The notes below the pieces were generated by a model that had not been told where the DNA came from, did not search any database, and saw only the letters and a program-made list of their open reading frames with translations. From the NCBI GenBank assembly GCA_043823435.1, contig JBDRAV010000002.1, forward strand, positions 61,755-125,754: 64,000 nt of DNA. Direction: 5' to 3'. This DNA comes from Candidatus Omnitrophota bacterium (lineage in GTDB: Bacteria > Omnitrophota > Gorgyraeia > Gygaellales > Profunditerraquicolaceae). Below, one piece after another: positions 57,201-64,000 of this stretch. Positions within the stretch are counted from its first letter, which is position 1. Each line of letters starts with the position of its first letter. The position numbers and the translations under genes are program-made.

Positions 57201-59018
57201 ATGAATATTTTAGGCATATCTTCTTTTTATCATGATAGCGCGGCGTGCCTGGTAAGGGATGGCGACATCGTTGCCGCGGCGCAGGAGGAGCGGTTTACCC
57301 GCAAGAAACATGATTTTAATTTCCCTCTCAATTCCATAAACTGGTGCCTTGAGGCCGCAGGAATCATACCGCAGGAACTTGATTATGTCATCTTCTATGA
57401 TAAGCCTTTTATTAAATTCGAAAGAATCCTGGAAACTGCCCTTACTTATGCCCCTTCGGGCGTGCGGCAATTTATCCAGGCGATGCCGCTATGGTTGAAA
57501 CAAAAGCTCTGGATCCCCGAGTTGATAAGAAAGGACCTGCATTATAAGGGCAGGATATTATTCTGCGGCCATCACGAATCACACGCTGCCAGTGCATTTT
57601 ATCCTTCGCCTTTCAAGAGTGCTGCATTTCTGACTATGGACGGCGTGGGGGAGTGGGATACAGCCAGCTTCGGGATAGGAGAGGGAAACGACATTGAAAT
57701 TCTACAGACTTTGAGGTTTCCACATTCTCTGGGCCTTTTGTATTCCACTTTTACGTATTACACTGGCTTTAAAGTAAATTCCGGGGAGTATAAATTAATG
57801 GGCCTGGCCCCGTACGGTGAGCCGAAATACGCAGGGCCGATTCTTGATGAATTAATAGATCTTAAGGAAGACGGTTCATTTAAATTAAATATGAAATTTT
57901 TCGGTTACTGTGACGGACTTAAGATGACTAACCGCAGATTTGAAAAGTTATTCGGCGGTCCGGCCAGGAAGCCGGAAACAAAAATAACAAAAAAGGATAT
58001 GGATATTGCGGCCTCGATACAGAAGGTAGCCGAAGAGGTCATACTGCGTATGGTAAGGCATGTGCATAAAGTTACAGGTAAGAGCAGCCTTTGCCTTGCG
58101 GGCGGAGTAGCTTTGAACTGCGTGGGTAACGGCCGTATTTTACGGGAAGGCCCGTTTAAAAATATATGGATCCAGCCGGCCAGCGGCGATGCAGGGGCGG
58201 CATTGGGTGCTGCGCTTCTGGTCTGGTATAGGTATTTAGGGAATAGGCGTTATAGCGACGATAAGAAAGATAGCCAGAAAGCATCTCTACTGGGGCCCGC
58301 GTACACAGACGCAGATATAGAGGATTTTCTGGTAAAAGAAAAAGTCCCTTATAAGAAGCTTGAGTATTCAGATATCCCTGAAAGAGTGGCGGAGCTGATC
58401 GCTCAGGGCAATGTAATCGGGTGGTTTCAGGGGCGCCTTGAGTTTGGCCCGAGGGCGCTGGGGGCAAGGAGCATAATCGCAGATGCCAGAAGCCCCCAAA
58501 TGCAGTCCAGGATGAACCTGAAAATAAAATACCGGGAGTCTTTCCGGCCCTTTGCCCCTACGGTCTTAAGCGAAAAGGCTTCGGAGTGGTTTGAAATAAC
58601 ACCGGAAAGCCCCTATATGCTTCTGGTTGCTGCGGTAAGAGAAGATAAAAGAGCGGATCCCGGGGTAGGGGAAAGCGGATTATCGGGATTTGACAAACTG
58701 AAAGTAATACGTTCGCAAATACCGGCAGTAACTCACGTCGATAATTCAGCCAGGATACAGACGATTAAAAGAGAAGACAATCCTTTATATTATGATATGA
58801 TAAGTGCGTTTTACAAGAAAACGGCTTGTCCGGTTATAATAAATACATCTTTTAACGTAAGAGGGGAACCTCTTGTATGTAGCCCCGAGGACGCATTCAA
58901 GTGTTTTATAAGGACAGGAATGGATTATCTGATCATGGGCCCTTTTCTGCTGGATAAGAAAGGGCAAAAGCCGCTTGAGAAAGACATAAAATGGCAGGAG
59001 GTTTTTGAGTTGGATTAA
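57201..59018 (+). CDS. NodU/CmcH-family O-carbamoyltransferase
   Basis: MNILGISSFYHDSAACLVRDGDIVAAAQEERFTRKKHD is the YrdC/Kae1-like NodU N-terminus; 605 aa. Confidence 0.9.
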   Translation: MNILGISSFYHDSAACLVRDGDIVAAAQEERFTRKKHDFNFPLNSINWCLEAAGIIPQELDYVIFYDKPFIKFERILETALTYAPSGVRQFIQAMPLWLKQKLWIPELIRKDLHYKGRILFCGHHESHAASAFYPSPFKSAAFLTMDGVGEWDTASFGIGEGNDIEILQTLRFPHSLGLLYSTFTYYTGFKVNSGEYKLMGLAPYGEPKYAGPILDELIDLKEDGSFKLNMKFFGYCDGLKMTNRRFEKLFGGPARKPETKITKKDMDIAASIQKVAEEVILRMVRHVHKVTGKSSLCLAGGVALNCVGNGRILREGPFKNIWIQPASGDAGAALGAALLVWYRYLGNRRYSDDKKDSQKASLLGPAYTDADIEDFLVKEKVPYKKLEYSDIPERVAELIAQGNVIGWFQGRLEFGPRALGARSIIADARSPQMQSRMNLKIKYRESFRPFAPTVLSEKASEWFEITPESPYMLLVAAVREDKRADPGVGESGLSGFDKLKVIRSQIPAVTHVDNSARIQTIKREDNPLYYDMISAFYKKTACPVIINTSFNVRGEPLVCSPEDAFKCFIRTGMDYLIMGPFLLDKKGQKPLEKDIKWQEVFELD

Positions 59019-59061
59019 AGTTCAGTAGTTAGTAGGTAGTAGATAGTAGATAGGGGTTAGG

Positions 59062-59463
59062 GTGGAAAAACTAAAATTAGATAAAGATAATCTAAGGAAA
59101 TTCGGAATCATTATGGGTATTGCGTTTATGGTGATAACCGTGATTATACTTATCAGGCACAAGCATAATCTAATACCTACGGCTATAGTTTCAGCAATAT
59201 TCTTGATATCGGCTTTTACCGCGCCGCTATTATTGAAACCAGTTTATTTAGGATGGATGAGATTTGCGTTTATATTGAGTTGGATTAATACAAGGGTAAT
59301 CTTGTTTATTATGTTTTATTTAATTTTTGCACCCGTAGGCATTATAATGCGTATTTTAAGGATAGATCTTTTGAGAAGGAAGATAGATAAAGATAAAGAT
59401 TCTTACTGGCAGGATGCCGATAAGAAGCCTTTTAACAGGGCGGATTACGACAGGCAGTTTTAG
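59062..59463 (+). CDS. SxtJ-like small membrane protein (commonly encoded after NodU/CmcH carbamoyltransferases)
   Basis: 133 aa, 3-4 TM helices, position directly after the carbamoyltransferase and before a DUF5989-like ORF. Confidence 0.5.
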   Translation: MEKLKLDKDNLRKFGIIMGIAFMVITVIILIRHKHNLIPTAIVSAIFLISAFTAPLLLKPVYLGWMRFAFILSWINTRVILFIMFYLIFAPVGIIMRILRIDLLRRKIDKDKDSYWQDADKKPFNRADYDRQF

Positions 59464-59476
59464 AGGAGGGGACGCG

Positions 59477-59635
59477 ATGAGCAAATTTACGATTATAAGG
59501 GAATTCTGGGATTTCTTGAAGGTAAGGAAAAAATGGTGGCTGGCCCCTATAGTCATCATGCTTTTATTATTAGGGATGCTTATTTTTTTCACACAGTCAT
59601 CCGCGGTTGCACCTTTTATTTACACCCTTTTTTAG
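59477..59635 (+). CDS. DUF5989 (SxtK-like) 52-aa single-TM protein
   Basis: MSKFTIIREFWDFLKVRKKWWLAPIVIMLLLLGMLIFFTQSSAVAPFIYTLF matches the conserved DUF5989 pattern; RBS GAGGAGGGG. Confidence 0.55.
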   Translation: MSKFTIIREFWDFLKVRKKWWLAPIVIMLLLLGMLIFFTQSSAVAPFIYTLF

Positions 59636-59662
59636 AAAATTCTGAAAGGATGGTAAAGCGAG

Positions 59663-60445
59663 ATGAGAAAGAGAAGGGTCTTCCCGGTTTTCTTATTCCT
59701 TTTGTTTATTGTCGTTATATTTGCCGTTAAGCAGATAAATGATAATAATCCGCTGGTTATCATCAGGCATAATGGCCTGGGAGATAAATTATCAAACGAC
59801 GGTAATGACCTTACTTTTTTGGTAAGTTATATGGGATTGATTCCTGCAGGTGAGGCGAGATTGGAGAATAGGGGTGAGGAGCTCTACCAGGGTAAACAGG
59901 TATACCATTTATCCGCGCAGGCCTACCTTTCGGGATTCTACTCCAAGTTTTTTGACCTCCGGGCACAGATAGACTCTTATCTAGACAAAAAGGGATTGTA
60001 TTCTTTGAAATTTACGCAGAGACTTATTGTCCCCAATAAGCCGGATGATGAAAAGGAAGTCCTATATGACCAGGCGCAGAATTTTATGGAATTAAGAGGG
60101 GTAAAAAGGAAGATACTCCCCGCAACGCAGGATCCGCTTTCGGCAATATTTTATATCCGGAATCAGGATCTAAAAATAGGGAAAATATTCGATATAAATA
60201 TAAACACAAACCAGAAAAACTATCAGTTTTACGCCGAAGTTATCGCAAGGCAAGAATACACGCTGGCATCCGGAAAGATAGGCGTATGGATATTGAAGGG
60301 GAGCGTGCACAGGCGAGATAAGAATATTTACCATAAGACCGCGCTGAAATTATGGCTTTTGGATAATCCTTCTAAGATACCGGTCCTGGTGAAGGCCATG
60401 ACCAACGGGGGGCAGATCACCTCCAGGCTTAGTGCCACTGAATGA
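59663..60445 (+). CDS. Secreted/periplasmic hypothetical protein (DUF3108-like)
   Basis: N-terminal signal-anchor RKRRVFPVFLFLLFIVVIFA; no catalytic motifs; weak resemblance to DUF3108. Confidence 0.35.
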   Translation: MRKRRVFPVFLFLLFIVVIFAVKQINDNNPLVIIRHNGLGDKLSNDGNDLTFLVSYMGLIPAGEARLENRGEELYQGKQVYHLSAQAYLSGFYSKFFDLRAQIDSYLDKKGLYSLKFTQRLIVPNKPDDEKEVLYDQAQNFMELRGVKRKILPATQDPLSAIFYIRNQDLKIGKIFDININTNQKNYQFYAEVIARQEYTLASGKIGVWILKGSVHRRDKNIYHKTALKLWLLDNPSKIPVLVKAMTNGGQITSRLSATE

Positions 60446-60569
60446 GCTGATACGTTCGGCGGCGTCCAAACTCCGCCCTTTAGGGCGGAGTAAGTATGCG
60501 CCGCTCTCAGTATCACCCTAAAGCAGACCCCGGACTTTAGGCCGGGGAAGCAGGAGGGTTGATTTAAAG

Positions 60570-61292
60570 ATGATAAATATAGCCGATACAGGAGAAAGGA
60601 TACTCCCCGAGAAAGAATCTCCGTTGATGACGGCGAGGCACTTGTGCGCCTACAAATTCGCCAGGGACCTCCTCGCAGGTAAAGGGGTATTGGATATAGG
60701 TTGCGGCGAAGGTTACGGCAGCTATTATTTAAGCGGGTCTTCCAAAGAGGTAACGGCCATAGACTACAACCAGGAAATAATAGATCACGCGAAGAATAAA
60801 TATATTGCGAACAACCTGGAATTTTACAGTTTAGATATAAAAGATCTATGTTCCCTGAAAGGCAAATTCGATGCAATATGTTCTTTTCAGGTCATAGAGC
60901 ACCTGCAAGATACGCAGGGGTTCCTGAAGAATATAAAGCTTCTTTTGAATCCCGCAGGCATTTTTATCTGTTCAACCCCGAACATGCTGGATGCCTCACA
61001 AAACAGCGTTAGGCCCCTGAACAGGTTTCATGTCAGGGAGTATCTGTTTGATGAATTCAGGCAATTGCTAGGAGTACATTTTAAGAGAATAGAAATATCG
61101 GGTTTAAAAAAAGGGGCCAGGCTTAATGTGTACAGGATGCTTAAGAAGTCGGGGCTCTTTAATTTTTTGCCTGACCCGATAAACCCCGTAAAGAAATTCT
61201 ACCAGAAGATAGATTGCGGTAATTTCATCATTGTTAAAAAAGGCCTGGATACGGCCCTGGATTTTATCGCAGTATGCAGCGACCCGGTTTAA
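60570..61292 (+). CDS. Class I SAM-dependent methyltransferase
   Basis: Motif I VLDIGCGEGYGSYYLS, motif II ICSFQVIEHL. Confidence 0.7.
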   Translation: MINIADTGERILPEKESPLMTARHLCAYKFARDLLAGKGVLDIGCGEGYGSYYLSGSSKEVTAIDYNQEIIDHAKNKYIANNLEFYSLDIKDLCSLKGKFDAICSFQVIEHLQDTQGFLKNIKLLLNPAGIFICSTPNMLDASQNSVRPLNRFHVREYLFDEFRQLLGVHFKRIEISGLKKGARLNVYRMLKKSGLFNFLPDPINPVKKFYQKIDCGNFIIVKKGLDTALDFIAVCSDPV

Positions 61293-61293
61293 T

Positions 61294-63348
61294 ATGGATA
61301 TAATCGTTTTCTTATTCATGAATTGCATTGTAGCTGCCAGTTCATTTATCTTTGTCTATAAGCTGTTTAAGGTATCCGATTTCACCGATTCACTGATCTG
61401 CTGGTTTATTATTTATTTTGCCCAGATCGTATCCACGGAACTCTTACTCGGTGCCTTCGGAGTACTCTATTTAAAAAACATCATTCTGCTGAATTTAAGC
61501 ATACTGTTGGCTATCTGGTACGGGACCAGAAAGTATCCCTCGGCCTTTGATTTAAGCCCGGCTAGAAGTATCATATCGGGGATACTCAACAGCAGAATAA
61601 TGCTTTTTATCGCATGCGTAATCCTCTCCTTCGCGGCAGTGAAGGTCTTTATTAATCTCGTTAATCCGCCTTTCGGATGGGACAGCCTGAATTATCATTT
61701 TACGTTTCCCGTAGAATGGATGAAGCACGCGAACCTCAATAATCCCATTGTAATATCCGATGACCCTTCGCCGACTTATTATCCGATAGGCGGGAGCCTC
61801 TTTTATCTCTGGCTGATTTTTCCTCTTAAGAGCGTCTTCCTGGCGGATATAGGCCAGATACCGTTTTTTATCCTGGCCTTTCTCTCTGTTTATAGCATAT
61901 CCCTCAAGCTCGATTTAAGCGAAAGGTATTCTTTTTATGCCGCGGCCCTCTTTTGTATCATCCCCAATTTCTTCAAACAATTGCAGATCGCCTATCTTGA
62001 TGTCATGGTTGCGGCGTTGTTCCTCTCTTCTTTAAACTCTCTTTTCTTGTTAAGCCGGGAATTTTCATTCCGGAATATACTCTTTTTCAGCTTCAGCCTC
62101 GGTCTCTTCTTAAGCCTGAAGACAGTAGCTTTACCTTATTCAATTTTATTGTTTCTACCTTTTGTATTGGTCGCTCTTAAAAATTACCGCAGATTCTATT
62201 TATTCATAATCGCTGTTTTTGTAGTAATTGCTTTGGGCGGGTTTTCTTATATAAGGAATTTTATAGAGGCAGGGAATCCAATGTATCCTTTGAGTATGGT
62301 CCTGTTCGGAAATCCAGTTTTTAAAGGGGTTATAGATAGCAGTGTTTACAGGGTGCATTTTAAAACAGAAGATTACCGGATCGCAAAATTATTGTTTCAT
62401 GAAGGCATGGGCCTTCAGTCTCTTTTGTTTATCCTGCCCTCGGCATTCCTCGCCCTGCCGGTTGCCGTAGCAAAGAAGATAAAGAGGCTCACGCCATTAA
62501 CGGCATATTGCATGATTTTGCCCATCCTGATATACCTTATTTATCGCTACGTCATCCCGCTGCCAAATACCAGGTACCTGTATCCCCTTTTAGGCGTGGG
62601 GATGATTTCCGGGTTTTATCTCGCACGGGCCATGAATATCCCCGGAAAGATCGTAAATATCGCGGTCATTATATGCACTCTAAGTTCCATGGCAGAGCTT
62701 GCCAAGCGGCAGGAGCTGGTCGTTTCCATATTGTTGACCTTCATCTTGTTCCTTGTCTTTATTCTATTAATAAGGCGCAGGATATCCATAAGGATCCCTT
62801 TGGCGGCAGCGGCCCTTTCGGCCTGCCTGGTCATTTTGTTAGTATGCCTTAATAACGATTATATAAAGAATGAATACCCAAGATATACCAAGATGGTAAA
62901 ATATTCCGGTTTCTGGCCGGATGCTACCTATGCGTGGAATTGGTTGAACAGGAATACGCAAGGCGATAATATTGCTTATGTGGGAAGGCCGGTGCCTTTT
63001 CCGCTATACGGAACTAATTTCAAGAATAATGTTTATTATGTCTCCGTAAACAGTACGGAACCGGTGAAATTGCATTATTTCCCCGGTAGCAGCTATAGCT
63101 GGGGATACGATTTCTTGAGCCTGCACCGTAACCTCAGGGCAAATGGTAACTACCGCGGAAATGTAGATTATTCTCTCTGGCTGAATAACCTTATTCAACG
63201 CGATACCGATTACCTGTTTGTTTACAGCCTGCATCAGACAAAAGACCTGGTATTCCCTGTTGAAGATAAATGGGCAAGGGCTGACCCCCTTAAATTCAGC
63301 CCTGTCTTTACAAATCAGAGTATACATATCTATAAGATAATCAGATGA
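61294..63348 (+). CDS. Large polytopic membrane protein, putative GT-C-fold glycosyltransferase (ArnT/PMT-like); start at the ATG 1 nt after the upstream stop
   Basis: 684 aa, >12 TM helices, periplasmic-loop region NPPFGWDSLNYHFTFPVEWMKH reminiscent of GT-C enzymes; paired with a Dpm1/GtrB-like GT2 downstream. Confidence 0.45.
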   Translation: MDIIVFLFMNCIVAASSFIFVYKLFKVSDFTDSLICWFIIYFAQIVSTELLLGAFGVLYLKNIILLNLSILLAIWYGTRKYPSAFDLSPARSIISGILNSRIMLFIACVILSFAAVKVFINLVNPPFGWDSLNYHFTFPVEWMKHANLNNPIVISDDPSPTYYPIGGSLFYLWLIFPLKSVFLADIGQIPFFILAFLSVYSISLKLDLSERYSFYAAALFCIIPNFFKQLQIAYLDVMVAALFLSSLNSLFLLSREFSFRNILFFSFSLGLFLSLKTVALPYSILLFLPFVLVALKNYRRFYLFIIAVFVVIALGGFSYIRNFIEAGNPMYPLSMVLFGNPVFKGVIDSSVYRVHFKTEDYRIAKLLFHEGMGLQSLLFILPSAFLALPVAVAKKIKRLTPLTAYCMILPILIYLIYRYVIPLPNTRYLYPLLGVGMISGFYLARAMNIPGKIVNIAVIICTLSSMAELAKRQELVVSILLTFILFLVFILLIRRRISIRIPLAAAALSACLVILLVCLNNDYIKNEYPRYTKMVKYSGFWPDATYAWNWLNRNTQGDNIAYVGRPVPFPLYGTNFKNNVYYVSVNSTEPVKLHYFPGSSYSWGYDFLSLHRNLRANGNYRGNVDYSLWLNNLIQRDTDYLFVYSLHQTKDLVFPVEDKWARADPLKFSPVFTNQSIHIYKIIR

Positions 63349-64000
63349 AGCTCACCATTCTCATACCCGCGCACAACGAACAGGATAATATAACGGACGT
63401 GATAAATAAAATAGAGGCTTCACTGGATATCCCGCATGAGTTAATAGTGGTTAACGACCACTCTACGGATGGTACGCCGGCATTAATCGACGAGGCCGCC
63501 CGCCGCTATTCCAATATCAGGCGGGTAGAGAATACCGGCGAAATAGGTTTTGCCAATGCCATCAAGACAGGTTTCGCCAATAATAATTCGGATGCGGTTG
63601 TCCCGGTAATGGCTGACCTTTGCGATGACCTGCTTACGATCAAGGATATGTTCAGGAAGATAAACGAAGGCTATGACGTTGTCTGCGGGGCAAGATATAT
63701 CAAGGGTGGTTCCCGTATAGGAGGCTCCAGGATAAAAGGGTTCTTCTCATGTTTTGTCGGTTGGACTATGCATTATCTGTCGGGGATCCCGGTGCATGAT
63801 GTAGCTAATGCCTTTAAGATGTACAGGAAGAGCGCTCTGGACAATATAGATATCCGGTCTAAGGGATTTGAAATATCCATGGAGTTGCCCCTTAAAGCCT
63901 ATTACCTGGGCCTTAAGATTGGTGAAGTCCCTACGGTGTGGAGAGAGAGGACTAAAGGAAAATCAAATTTCAACATGTTTAAATTGCTCCCCGGATACTT
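63345..64000 (+). CDS. Family 2 glycosyltransferase, polyprenyl-phosphate sugar synthase type (Dpm1/GtrB/ArnC-like), 3' end outside window
   Basis: MKLTILIPAHNEQDNI, LIVVNDHSTDGT, ADLCDD; start overlaps the upstream stop (ATGA). Confidence 0.75.
   Translation, partial: MKLTILIPAHNEQDNITDVINKIEASLDIPHELIVVNDHSTDGTPALIDEAARRYSNIRRVENTGEIGFANAIKTGFANNNSDAVVPVMADLCDDLLTIKDMFRKINEGYDVVCGARYIKGGSRIGGSRIKGFFSCFVGWTMHYLSGIPVHDVANAFKMYRKSALDNIDIRSKGFEISMELPLKAYYLGLKIGEVPTVWRERTKGKSNFNMFKLLPGY

Noticed and set aside
59533-59730. 65-aa + strand ORF overlapping the DUF5989 gene and downstream spacer
   Set aside because: Alternative frame of the well-matching DUF5989 ORF; no support.
62508-62852. 114-aa + strand ORF in an alternative frame inside the 61294-63348 membrane protein gene
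   Set aside because: Fully nested in a long hydrophobic-protein ORF; His/Arg/Pro-rich frame artefact.
1-64000. CRISPR arrays, integrases/transposases, restriction-modification or other defence-system hallmarks
   Set aside because: No regularly spaced direct repeats, no recombinase/transposase/nuclease/helicase-like ORFs were seen. The repeats present are short palindromic hairpins, not CRISPR.

Overview
The whole 64 kb window is coding on the + strand only. No minus-strand ORF looks real. It comes from a low-GC diderm bacterium (LptD-like OstA protein, type IV pilin, LPS/sugar-nucleotide genes), probably an uncultivated lineage.

The first ~29 kb is housekeeping: dnaK tail, dnaJ, accD, an orphan ABC ATPase, two tandem GGDEF cyclases, ROK glucokinase, fsa/tal, lptD-like, a UDP-sugar operon (ugd, wecC-like, epimerase, UXS), a pilin, an RNase G operon, rplU, obg, proB, proA, nadD, rpe, PGM, plsC, rpsA and tyrS.

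From ~29.2 kb to the end there is a ~35 kb glycan biosynthesis and decoration superlocus:
- Wzx-like flippase; several GT2/GT4 glycosyltransferases; and a SemiSWEET/PQ-loop protein.
- Two B12-binding radical SAM enzymes and one SPASM radical SAM enzyme.
- An AsnB-like amidotransferase.
- A GDP-sugar modification cassette: gmd, C-methyltransferase, FdtA-like cupin, DegT aminotransferase and methyltransferases.
- An NPP-type and a Thr-nucleophile sulfatase-fold enzyme.
- An ATP sulfurylase followed by a pyruvate-kinase-like/cytidylyltransferase-like fusion protein.
- rfbF and rfbG (CDP-glucose branch).
- A NodU/CmcH carbamoyltransferase with SxtJ-like and DUF5989 partners.
- Two large GT-C-like membrane proteins.

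The most interesting candidate for an undescribed system is the RHH / sulfatase-fold / sat / PK-like::NT-like module at 49.7-53.7 kb.

Other DNA-level signals:
- A palindromic GGGACACTTC...GAAGTGTCCC repeat family directly upstream of nadD and tyrS.
- A frame-independent GGGACTGTCCC motif recurring inside two GT genes.
- A 20-bp perfect inverted repeat upstream of glk.
- Twin GC-rich TTTA-loop hairpins.
- A probable frameshifted methyltransferase.
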